Below, piece after piece: positions 25,608 through 34,656 of a DNA stretch of 41,595 nucleotides. Under the pieces are notes generated by a model. That model worked only from the letters and a program-made list of their open reading frames with translations. It did no database searches and was not told the origin of the DNA. This DNA comes from Lachnospiraceae bacterium (GTDB taxonomy: Bacteria; Bacillota; Clostridia; Lachnospirales; Lachnospiraceae). Location of the stretch: the NCBI GenBank assembly GCA_009774155.1, contig VSNE01000460.1, positions 1 to 41,595 of the forward strand, read 5' to 3'. Position 1 is the stretch's first letter; each line of letters opens with the position of its first letter. The position numbers were made by a program, and so were the translations under genes.

Positions 25608-28571
25608 ATGAATAATATCCTCTCGGAAAAAGACTATCAAAAATATCTGCTGGAGCGGCTGGCAGACAACGGCTATGTCATCCGTAAGGCATCTCATTTC
25701 GACCGTCTTTTTGCTGTGGATCGGGAGATGCTCATGAAGTTTCTGGCTGACACCCAGCCGGACACGATGGATTATCTGCGGAAGATATACAAAGATGACC
25801 TGGAGGACACCATCGTCAGCTTCATCAACGCAGAGACGACTAAGGCCAGGGGCAGCCTGATCGACGTGCTGAAGCACGGCATTGAGATCTCTAATCGACA
25901 GTTGGATTTGATGTACACCAAACCCGCCACCACCTTTAACCCGGAGCTGACGAAGAAGTATGGGCAGAATATCTTCTCCGTCATGGAGGAGGTCTGGGCC
26001 AGCGACAAAGAGCGGATCGATGTGGTCATTTTCCTGAACGGTCTTGCCATCATCTCCTTCGAGCTGAAGTGCAATACCGCCGGGCAGTCCTATCAGGACG
26101 CCATCTATCAGTATCGCACCGAGCGCAACCCCAAGACCCGACTGTTCCTGTTCAAGGCAGGTTGCCTTGTAAACTTTGCGATGGACTTGGAGGAGGTCTA
26201 CATGACCACCAAGCTGGCGGGCGAGGCCACATTCTTTCTGCCGTTCAACATGGGCAACGGTGAAGGTGTAACCGCCGGGGCGGGCAATCCCACCTTTGAG
26301 GATAAATACAGCGTATTCTATATGTGGGAGGACATTCTGACCAAGGACACCGTGCTTGACCTCATCAGCAAGTTCATCTTCGTGGAAGTAAAAGAAAAAG
26401 TCGATGACCAGACCGGCAAGGTAAAGCGTTCTGAAAATTTGATTTTCCCGCGCTACCATCAGCTGGATGTCATCCGTAAGCTCCTCGCCGATGTTCGGGA
26501 AAACCGTACCGCTCAGAATTATCTGATCCAGCACAGTGCCGGTTCCGGTAAGACCAATTCCATCGCTTGGTTGGCTCACCGCCTGACTTCGCTCCACGAT
26601 GCCGACAATAAGATCATCTTCGACAATGTCATCATCGTTACCGACCGTGTGGTAGTGGACAGGCAGCTCCAGAAAGCCATTATGGGTATGGAACATAAAG
26701 CCGGGCTGATCCGGGTGATGGACGATAAATGTAATTCCACTGATTTGGCGATTGCCCTCAACGGTAATACCAAAATCATTGCCACCACCATCCAGAAGTT
26801 TCCGTATATCGTGGACAGCGTGAAGGGGCTGAAAAATAAGCGGTTTGCCGTCATCATTGACGAGGCCCATTCCTCCACCGCCGGTAAGGATATGGCCGCT
26901 GTTACGATGTCTCTGGGCTCCGGCGAGCAGTTTGACGGCGATGTGGAGGACATGATCTCCGACGAGATCAAGCGCAACGGCAAACAAGCCAATGTGTCCA
27001 TGTTCGCCTTTACCGCCACTCCGAAGCCTACCACCATCCAGCTCTTTGGTCGCTTGAACACCAAAGGTCAGCGGGAGGCTTTCCATGTCTACTCCATGAA
27101 GCAGGCCATCGAGGAAGGTTTCATTTTGGATGTATTGCAGAATTACACCGAATACTCGACCTTCTACCAGATCAATAAGGAAATTGAGGATGATCCCCGC
27201 TGTAAGACCAACGCAGCCAAGCGACAAATCGCCCGCTTTGTGGAGCTGCATGATACCAATATCTCGCAGCGGATCGAGGTCATTGTAGAGCATTTCCGCA
27301 CCACCGTTATGCAGGAGCTGGGTGGCCAGGCCAAGGCAATGGTTATCACCGCCTCTCGGCAAGCCGCCGTGAAGTATCGTCAGGCGTTTGAGGATTACAT
27401 AGTGAAAAAAGGGTATGAGGGCATCCACGCCTTGGTAGCTTTTTCTGGCAAAGTGAAACTCCCAGATGATGAAACCGAATATACAGAGGCTTTTCTGAAC
27501 GGCTTTCCGGAGGATCGGCTCACAAAAGAATTTGATACTGATGCCTACCAGGTGCTGTTGGTTGCAAACAAGTATCAGACTGGATTCGATCAACCGAAAC
27601 TATGCGCCATGTATGTGCTGAAAAAGCTGCGTGGGGTGAATGCGGTCCAAACGCTTTCACGCTTGAACCGTATCTGCCCGCCTTACGATAAAAAGACTTT
27701 TGTCTTGGACTTCGTGAACAGCTATGAGGATATGAAAGCTGCATTTGCACCTTATTACACGACTACGCTTCTGTCAAATTCCGTGACGCCAAGCGCCATT
27801 TACGACCTGGAGGCCAAGATCGATGCCTATGCGCTATTTGATCCTGCGGATATCGACAGTGCAAACGAGATCCTGTATGCGGAAAAAGTCACCGGCAAGC
27901 AGAAGCAGCGGCTGACCTTCTTCCTGCAAAAGAGCAAAAAGCTGCTGGATCACTATGAGTATGGGGAACAGCGAGAAGCGGTTGCTGCCATGCGCAGCTT
28001 TGTCCGCTACTACGAGTTCTTGTTGCAGGTGTCTTGCTTTGAGGATGTCGAACTGCACAAGAAGTATAACTTTATCGCTTACCTGCTGGCGTACATCAAT
28101 ATCAAGCATCCTGGTGCCGGTTTTAACCTTGACGGTAAAATTAAAGCATCCAACTTTATTCAGAAGAAGGGTGAAGAGCACGTTTCTTCAAACCTGGTGG
28201 CAAAGCCGGTGATGAAACTGCCCACGGCCGAGCACTTTGGTCTTACGGAAGATAAGGAGCAGCGGCTGTCAGAGATCATTGATGAGATAAACAACCGCAC
28301 CGGTAAATCCTATGATAACGATGTGGTGGTCAAGGCCATGCTTCAGATCAGGGATATTCTGATGAAATCAGAGAGACTTAAGACCAGCGCAAAGAATAAT
28401 ACGCAGAAAGACTTCGAGTTCTCCTACTTTGATGGCATTGACGATGCTCTCATCGAAGGGCTGTCCCAGAACCAGGATTTCTTTTCCCTTCTGCTTTCCA
28501 ATGAGGAGATGAAACGGCAGGTTTTGGGTATCTTCTCCGAAGAAATCTATAAGAGTTTACGAGACGCATAG
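25608..28571 (+). CDS. hsdR: Type I RM restriction subunit (element-borne)
   Basis: RIDVVIFLNGLAIISFELK nuclease, HSAGSGKT, DEAH, TATP, QTGFD and SRLNR. Confidence 0.95.
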   Translation: MNNILSEKDYQKYLLERLADNGYVIRKASHFDRLFAVDREMLMKFLADTQPDTMDYLRKIYKDDLEDTIVSFINAETTKARGSLIDVLKHGIEISNRQLDLMYTKPATTFNPELTKKYGQNIFSVMEEVWASDKERIDVVIFLNGLAIISFELKCNTAGQSYQDAIYQYRTERNPKTRLFLFKAGCLVNFAMDLEEVYMTTKLAGEATFFLPFNMGNGEGVTAGAGNPTFEDKYSVFYMWEDILTKDTVLDLISKFIFVEVKEKVDDQTGKVKRSENLIFPRYHQLDVIRKLLADVRENRTAQNYLIQHSAGSGKTNSIAWLAHRLTSLHDADNKIIFDNVIIVTDRVVVDRQLQKAIMGMEHKAGLIRVMDDKCNSTDLAIALNGNTKIIATTIQKFPYIVDSVKGLKNKRFAVIIDEAHSSTAGKDMAAVTMSLGSGEQFDGDVEDMISDEIKRNGKQANVSMFAFTATPKPTTIQLFGRLNTKGQREAFHVYSMKQAIEEGFILDVLQNYTEYSTFYQINKEIEDDPRCKTNAAKRQIARFVELHDTNISQRIEVIVEHFRTTVMQELGGQAKAMVITASRQAAVKYRQAFEDYIVKKGYEGIHALVAFSGKVKLPDDETEYTEAFLNGFPEDRLTKEFDTDAYQVLLVANKYQTGFDQPKLCAMYVLKKLRGVNAVQTLSRLNRICPPYDKKTFVLDFVNSYEDMKAAFAPYYTTTLLSNSVTPSAIYDLEAKIDAYALFDPADIDSANEILYAEKVTGKQKQRLTFFLQKSKKLLDHYEYGEQREAVAAMRSFVRYYEFLLQVSCFEDVELHKKYNFIAYLLAYINIKHPGAGFNLDGKIKASNFIQKKGEEHVSSNLVAKPVMKLPTAEHFGLTEDKEQRLSEIIDEINNRTGKSYDNDVVVKAMLQIRDILMKSERLKTSAKNNTQKDFEFSYFDGIDDALIEGLSQNQDFFSLLLSNEEMKRQVLGIFSEEIYKSLRDA

Positions 28572-28583
28572 TGAGGTGATTGT

Positions 28584-30980
28584 ATGTTTGAGCAGTTTCG
28601 TTTGACAGAGGTACTGGTACAGTACAAACAGAATTTCGTTTCAAAGTTGTGGGGCGAAGAAAAATATAAATGGGAAGCTGTGAAGTGGTTCCAGGATAAT
28701 TGGGATGTGAATGCTCCTGACTTTGCAGAAATGTTAAACCGCTCCCTGGACAAGACCTATAATCTGCTGGCGTCTGCTAACAATTTCCCGAAAGGAATGA
28801 TTGTTGGCTTTGCTAAATCTGCGCCTGAAGAAGTGCGCGCCATGTTTTTATCGCTGTATGATGAAAGCAAAGATGTGTACGAACGAATCAATGCGTTCAA
28901 AATGCAGTCGACTGTTCTGCTGGAGAAGTATGGAAACGGAGCTGCACAGCACTATCAGTACGAAAATGCCATCAGCACATACCTTTGGCTTCGTTTTCCG
29001 GATAAGTACTATATCTATAAATTTGGTGAGGTAAAAACAGTTGCCAGTGAACTGGAGTCGGATTATCGTTTCAAAAAGGGGGCTTATGCTGATAATATCC
29101 GCAATTTCCTAAAGCTGTATGACGAAATCAGCGCAGCACTGAAAGAAGATACAGAATTAGTGAACCTGTTTCAGTCTCAGCTTACAGATACCTGCTATCC
29201 TGATCCAGAACTGAAAACACTGACCATTGATGTTGGTTTTTACATTAGCAGACAATATGCCCAGAGAGATACTGCCGTTGCTGTAAGTGCTGATTGGTAC
29301 GGCGCAGATTATGATCCGGGTCTTTCTGTTGAGGACTGGATGAAACTGCTGAAGGATGAATCTGTCTTTACTACTGGAGCCCTTGAAATCATGAAGCGCA
29401 TGAAGGATTATGGTGGAATGGCTTCCTGCACACAGCTCGCAGTGAAATACGGCGAGACAAAGAACTTCTATAATTCTGGCTCTGTTGCGTTGGCGAGGCG
29501 AGTCTGTGAAACCACGGGCATAACTCCGAATAGCAGAGACGACGGTTCTACCCAGTGGTGGACCATCCTCTACACGGGCCGTGACGCAGGAAAAGACGAG
29601 GACGGCAGCTTTGTTTGGAAACTGAGAGACGAGCTTTCAACTGCTCTCGACAAAGTAGACCTCAGTGGCATTGAACTGTATGTCGCAGCGGCCCCCGGAG
29701 AGCAGGATCATGGTTACTGGTGGTTGAATGCCAATCCGAAGATCTGGAGCTTTTCCGACATTGCGGTTGGCGAGGTTCAGTCATACACACTTTATAATGA
29801 GAACGGGAATAAGCGTCGTATCTTCCAGAACTTTCTTGATGCGAAGGCTGGAGATATGATCATCGGATATGAATCGAATCCAGTGAAGCAGATTGTTGCC
29901 ATCGGTCGTGTCAGCGCAGAGCAGGATGGAGAGAAGCTGTTTTTTGAGAAGGTTGAAGGCTTGACCTCACCGATTGATTATGCAACTCTTCGTGGATGCC
30001 CTGAACTGGAGCGCATGGAGTATTTCCAGAATCCGCAAGGCAGTCTGTTCAAGCTCACCAGAGGTGAATATGACTTCATCCTTGACATGATTCGTGAGGA
30101 GAATCCGGTCACTTCTGAAGCATCCATTGATGCTTATACAAAGAGCGACTTCCTTGATGAAGTGTATATGACCGAAAAACGCTATGAGAGCCTTGTGGCT
30201 GTTCTTCGCAACAAGAAGAACATTATCCTGCAAGGAGCGCCTGGTGTCGGTAAAACCTTCGCCGCAAGACGTCTGGCATGGTCCATGATGGGTGAAAAAG
30301 ATGACGGTCGCATAGAATTTGTACAGTTCCACCAGAACTACTCTTACGAAGATTTCATGATGGGCTATAAACCGGTCGAGGATGGTTTTGAGCTGAAGTA
30401 TGGCATCTTCTATCGCTTCTGCCAGAAGGCTGCAAATCAGCCTGACAAAGAGTTCTTCTTCATCATCGACGAGATCAACCGTGGCAATATGAGTAAAATC
30501 TTTGGTGAGCTGCTGATGCTGATTGAAAAAGACTACAGAGGCACAAAGGCAACTCTGGCCTATAATGGGCTCTCATTCTCCGTGCCAAAGAACCTCTACA
30601 TCATTGGCATGATGAACACGGCTGACCGAAGTCTTGCCATGATCGACTATGCGCTCCGCCGCCGATTTAGCTTCTTTGAGGTGGAACCGGGCTTTGATTC
30701 CGAAGGCTTCATTCAGTACCAGAACGACCTGAACAACGAGACGCTCAATGAACTTGTTTCTAAGGTTAAGGACTTGAATCGCGAAATCTCACTTGACAAG
30801 TCGCTGGGTAAGGGCTTCTGCATTGGCCATAGCTATTTCTGCGGCAGGGATGTATGCACCGAGGAATGGCTACACTCCATCGTTGACTACGACATTCTTC
30901 CGATGCTAAGCGAGTATTGGTTCGATGATGTGGGCAAGCTCCAGCGTTGGGAGAACATTTTGCAAGGTGTATTTCAATGA
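28584..30980 (+). CDS. mcrB: McrB-like GTPase with an EVE-like domain and long N-terminal region
   Basis: GAPGVGKT, VQFHQNYSYEDF, IIDEINRG, NTAD and LRRRF. EVE-like WWLNANPKIWSF...AKAGDMIIGYES. Confidence 0.92.
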   Translation: MFEQFRLTEVLVQYKQNFVSKLWGEEKYKWEAVKWFQDNWDVNAPDFAEMLNRSLDKTYNLLASANNFPKGMIVGFAKSAPEEVRAMFLSLYDESKDVYERINAFKMQSTVLLEKYGNGAAQHYQYENAISTYLWLRFPDKYYIYKFGEVKTVASELESDYRFKKGAYADNIRNFLKLYDEISAALKEDTELVNLFQSQLTDTCYPDPELKTLTIDVGFYISRQYAQRDTAVAVSADWYGADYDPGLSVEDWMKLLKDESVFTTGALEIMKRMKDYGGMASCTQLAVKYGETKNFYNSGSVALARRVCETTGITPNSRDDGSTQWWTILYTGRDAGKDEDGSFVWKLRDELSTALDKVDLSGIELYVAAAPGEQDHGYWWLNANPKIWSFSDIAVGEVQSYTLYNENGNKRRIFQNFLDAKAGDMIIGYESNPVKQIVAIGRVSAEQDGEKLFFEKVEGLTSPIDYATLRGCPELERMEYFQNPQGSLFKLTRGEYDFILDMIREENPVTSEASIDAYTKSDFLDEVYMTEKRYESLVAVLRNKKNIILQGAPGVGKTFAARRLAWSMMGEKDDGRIEFVQFHQNYSYEDFMMGYKPVEDGFELKYGIFYRFCQKAANQPDKEFFFIIDEINRGNMSKIFGELLMLIEKDYRGTKATLAYNGLSFSVPKNLYIIGMMNTADRSLAMIDYALRRRFSFFEVEPGFDSEGFIQYQNDLNNETLNELVSKVKDLNREISLDKSLGKGFCIGHSYFCGRDVCTEEWLHSIVDYDILPMLSEYWFDDVGKLQRWENILQGVFQ

Positions 30981-32029
30981 TTAAGGACAAGAACATCTTC
31001 ATAAAAAACATATACTATATGCTTTCGTATGCCTTCACGACGCTGAATCAAGGCGGTTATGAGGATGTTGCAACCGAAGAGTTTGAGAACATGCACAACC
31101 TCTTCGCTGCGATTTTGGCGAAGGGCATCAGCAGACAGTTGAAACAAGGCCTATATCGGGAGTACTTGAACCGGAAAGAGGTTGTTGCTGTCGTTCGTGG
31201 CAAAATCGATATGCCAGGAACCATACAGAATCGACTTGCCAGAAAGCGCGTGTTGACCTGCGAGTACGATGATCTCTCCGAAAACAACCTTTTCAATCAG
31301 ATACTCAAAACAACTGTTATGCTTTTGCTCCGGCACACGAGGGTGAATCAGGAATACAAGAGCGACCTAAAGAAGGAAATGCTGTTCTTCTCGAATGTTG
31401 ACACAATCGATCCAACCACGATCCGCTGGTCGGCCATTCGGTTCCGGAGGAACAATCAGACTTATCGTATGCTCATTAGTCTGTGCCAGCTCATTTTGGA
31501 AGGAATGCTTTTGACGACAGACTCAGGAGAATATAAGCTGGCTTCCTTCGTTGATGAGCAGCGCATGAACCGCCTGTACGAGAAGTTCATCCTCGAGTAC
31601 TATGCGAAGGAATGCCCGCAGGTGACAGCAACAGCCTCACGGATTCCGTGGGCTTTGGATGATGGCGTTGGACCCTTACTGCCGATAATGCAGAGTGATA
31701 TCATGCTCACAAAAGGTAGCGAGGTACTTATCATCGATGCAAAGTATTACACGCATACCACACAGACTCAGTACGATGTCCACACGCTTCACTCCAGTAA
31801 TCTGTATCAGATTTTCACCTACGTCAAAAACAAGGATACGGAGTTCGGCGACCAGCCACACACAGTTTCCGGTATGCTTCTTTATGCAGCAACGGATGAG
31901 GCCATTCAGCCGGACAACAGTTACCAGATGAGTGGGAACAAGATCAGCGTCCGAACACTTGATTTGAATCGGGATTTCTCCGAAATTGCTGCACAGCTGA
32001 ATGAAATTGTGGATGAACATTTCTCATAA
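30977..32029 (+). CDS. mcrC: McrC-like nuclease subunit
   Basis: ATGA overlap with mcrB; IKNIYYMLSYAF, LYEKF, SDIML...IIDAKYY, LYQIFTY and GMLLY. Confidence 0.92.
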   Translation: MIKDKNIFIKNIYYMLSYAFTTLNQGGYEDVATEEFENMHNLFAAILAKGISRQLKQGLYREYLNRKEVVAVVRGKIDMPGTIQNRLARKRVLTCEYDDLSENNLFNQILKTTVMLLLRHTRVNQEYKSDLKKEMLFFSNVDTIDPTTIRWSAIRFRRNNQTYRMLISLCQLILEGMLLTTDSGEYKLASFVDEQRMNRLYEKFILEYYAKECPQVTATASRIPWALDDGVGPLLPIMQSDIMLTKGSEVLIIDAKYYTHTTQTQYDVHTLHSSNLYQIFTYVKNKDTEFGDQPHTVSGMLLYAATDEAIQPDNSYQMSGNKISVRTLDLNRDFSEIAAQLNEIVDEHFS

Positions 32030-32133
32030 CCTTTTAATTTTGCCCAACCTTTTAATTATTCCAAAATCACTACACCGCAAGGCTGACACTCCGTCTGGCT
32101 GCTGGGAGGTAGCGGCAAAACTGAATACATAAA

Positions 32134-32224
32134 AATAGGGCTTCCAAAGTCAGCGCATGACCTCGGAAGCCCTTATTTCAAGCCTTTTTTTGCGGCTTTT
32201 GCCCCGGAGAGGGCTTTTTCTTTT
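32134..32224 (+). terminator. Hairpins/terminator at the element end
   Basis: AGGGCTTCC...GGAAGCCCT stem, then GCCC-CGGAGA-GGGC-TTTTTCTTTT. Confidence 0.5.
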
Positions 32225-32229
32225 GTATC

Positions 32230-32263
32230 AAAATCAGTAGGAACATAGATCCGGCCTGTGGTT
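32230..32263. other. Element/host junction (att site)
   Basis: ...AATCAGTAGGAACATA|GATCCGGCCTGTGGTT: non-coding DNA abuts the Asp codon of the hsdM DPACGSG motif. Confidence 0.7.
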
Positions 32264-33129
32264 CGGGTTCTCTGCTTTTGAAGGCTGAGAAAATTCTTGG
32301 CAAGGATGCTATCCGCAACGGGTTTTACGGACAGGAAATCAATATCACAACATATAACCTGTGTCGTATCAATATGTTTTTGCACGATGTAGGATTTGAT
32401 AAATTCAATATTGCCTGTGAGGATACCCTTATTAGCCCGCAGCACTGGGATGACGAGCCGTTTGAATTGATTGTTTCCAATCCGCCATATTCTATTAAAT
32501 GGGCAGGAGATGAGAACCCGCTGCTAATTAATGATCCTCGTTTTGCTCCTGCCGGAGTACTGGCGCCAAAGAGTAAGGCGGATATGGCATTTATTATGCA
32601 TAGTTTGTCATGGCTTGCGTCAAATGGTACGGCGGCTATCGTATGCTTTCCGGGTATTATGTATCGCGGCGGTGCGGAACAGAAAATCCGTAAATATCTG
32701 ATAGATAATAACTATGTGGACTGTGTGATTCAGTTGCCGAGCAATTTGTTCTTTGGTACTTCGATTGCAACCTGTATTATGGTAATGAAAAAGAATAAGC
32801 CGGATAATAAGACATTGTTCATTGATGCCACAAGTGAATGTGTGAAGGTTACGAACAATAATAAGCTGATGCCAGAGAACATCGACCGAATTGTGGATGT
32901 GTTTGCAAAGCGTGAAGAAGTGGAGCATTTTGCACATCTGGCAAGCTATGAGGAAGTGTCCGGCAACGATTATAATTTATCGGTGTCCACATATGTTGAA
33001 GCAGAGGATACCAGAGAGAAAATTGACATTGTGAAGCTGAATGCGGAAATCAAAGAAATCGTTGCCCGTGAGCAGATGCTTCGCGACGAGATTGATAAGA
33101 TTATCGCAGAAATTGAGGTGGGTGCATGA
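32248..33129 (+). pseudogene. hsdM: 3' part of resident type I hsdM, interrupted by the element
   Basis: Frame reads [12 protein letters not shown]...GQEIN...SNPPY...[10 protein letters not shown]. No in-frame start between the upstream TGA (32158) and the motif. The N-terminal domain is missing. Confidence 0.9.
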
Positions 33130-33347
33130 ATATAAAAGACCTAAAAGTACCTTTTAACGCACCATTGAATGAAATTGATACAGAAAGGCAGACTTATGGA
33201 TGTAGAGCAAATAACCCTGATATATGTGCAAATAATTCAATTACTAATATTTGCGCTTTTACCTCAGAAGATTGTATCTGTAGAAAACCCTCTCGTGCGT
33301 GGAAAAAGCAATATCATAAATTGAGTGGGGGACAGCAAAATGAGTAA
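33126..33347 (+). CDS. Small Cys-rich protein within the resident RM operon
   Basis: 73 aa with five Cys. ATGA overlap with hsdM and overlap with the hsdS start; GAGGTG RBS. Confidence 0.75.
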   Translation: MNIKDLKVPFNAPLNEIDTERQTYGCRANNPDICANNSITNICAFTSEDCICRKPSRAWKKQYHKLSGGQQNE

Positions 33348-34491
33348 AATAGATGATTTGATTCAGAAGTTCTGTCCCGATGGAGTTGAGTATAAAGCAA
33401 TAAAAAATTTGGCTGAAGTTGGAACTGGAAGTAGCAATGGTAATGAAGCACAGGAAGATGGTGAATATCCGTTTTTCATCCGTTCTCAGACTGTGAAACG
33501 GAAAAACGATTGGGAATACAATGAAGAAGCAATAATTATACCAGGAGAAGGCGGCATTGGAGAAATATATCATTATGTAAATGGAAAATATGCTATTCAT
33601 CAAAGAGTTTATCGCATTCATTTTATAGATAGTTCGGTTGATGTAAAGTTTGCATTTCATTATTTTCGGGCATTTTTTAAGAATTTTATTATGCGTAAGG
33701 CTGTAAGTGCAACCGTAAAATCTATAAGAAAACCTATGATAGAGGAGTTTATGCTGCCTGTACCTTTTCTGGAGGTACAACGTGAAATAGTCCGTATGCT
33801 GGACTCTTTCACGTCACTTACAGCCGAGCTTACAACTCGGAAGAAGCAGTATAATTTTTACCGGGACAGAATGCTGACTTTCGGTAATAAAGCAACCGTC
33901 TATAAAATGTCTGAATTGTGTGAGTCAATTGCTGATGGAGATCATATGCCACCACCAAAGTCAGATTCCGGAATTCCATTTATAACGATTTCTAACATTA
34001 CAGAATATCATAATATTGATTTTGAAAATACGATGTATGTGCCGGAATCATATTATAATTCTTTGGCGGAAAAACGCAGACCACGTAAAGGAGACATTTT
34101 ATATACTGTGGTTGGTTCTTATGGAATACCAGTATGTATTGAGAATGATAAAAAATTTGTGTTCCAACGGCATATAGCGATATTGCGTCCGAATAACGAC
34201 ATTGTAAAATCAAGGTATTTGTTTCATGCTATGCAAAGTACAGATTTTAAAATACAAGCAGAAAAATCTGCTAAAGGAGCAGCACAAAAGACAATTGCGT
34301 TGTCAGCGTTGGGAAAGATGCATATGTCTGTTCCAAGTATGGATGTGCAAGAGCGTATAGTAGAAGTTCTTGATAATTTTGAAGCCATTTGCACCGACCT
34401 TAATATTGGTCTGCCTGCGGAAATCGAAGCGCGTCAGAAGCAATACGAATATTACAGGGATAAGCTGTTATCCTTCAAAGAATTACCGTAA
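33340..34491 (+). CDS. hsdS: Resident type IC-like specificity subunit
   Basis: FCPDGVEYK, EVQREIV...LTAELTTRKKQY, and GLPAEIEARQKQYEYYRDKLLSF. Confidence 0.93.
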   Translation: MSKIDDLIQKFCPDGVEYKAIKNLAEVGTGSSNGNEAQEDGEYPFFIRSQTVKRKNDWEYNEEAIIIPGEGGIGEIYHYVNGKYAIHQRVYRIHFIDSSVDVKFAFHYFRAFFKNFIMRKAVSATVKSIRKPMIEEFMLPVPFLEVQREIVRMLDSFTSLTAELTTRKKQYNFYRDRMLTFGNKATVYKMSELCESIADGDHMPPPKSDSGIPFITISNITEYHNIDFENTMYVPESYYNSLAEKRRPRKGDILYTVVGSYGIPVCIENDKKFVFQRHIAILRPNNDIVKSRYLFHAMQSTDFKIQAEKSAKGAAQKTIALSALGKMHMSVPSMDVQERIVEVLDNFEAICTDLNIGLPAEIEARQKQYEYYRDKLLSFKELP

Positions 34492-34629
34492 CTGTTCAGA
34501 GCCAGCCTTCAAAATGCTTTGTATTTCGGAGGTATGGCGTACCCGCCAGATAAAATCTCATAAGCCATCTTAAAAATGCAAGCATTATACGGTTGGTGTA
34601 TGAGATTTTGCTTGGCTCTGAACAGTTAC
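34488..34629. repeat. 142-bp MITE/REP-like element with perfect 17-bp terminal inverted repeats
   Basis: GTAACTGTTCAGAGCCA ... TGGCTCTGAACAGTTAC, internal AAAATCTCATA/TATGAGATTTT stem, ATTACC on both flanks. Confidence 0.75.
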
Positions 34630-34656
34630 AGATTACCAAAGTAAGGGGGCGAGGAT

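Larger units (their letters stand above)
1..32247. mobile_element. Prophage-like element (phi-m46.1/lambdaSa04-like gene content), one end only, integrated in a resident hsdM
   Basis: Contiguous phage replication/packaging genes on the minus strand plus a divergent defence cargo. Ends abruptly at a 5'-truncated hsdM (32248). Visibly more GC-rich than DNA to the right. Integrase and structural genes are not in the window. Confidence 0.88.

Noticed and set aside
25542..27593. 683-aa minus-strand ORF
   Set aside because: Antisense shadow of hsdR; no recognisable domain or RBS.
32278..33129. Intact 283-aa methylase from TTG 32278
   Set aside because: The start lies after motif I and lacks an RBS; it is the distal fragment of a split hsdM.
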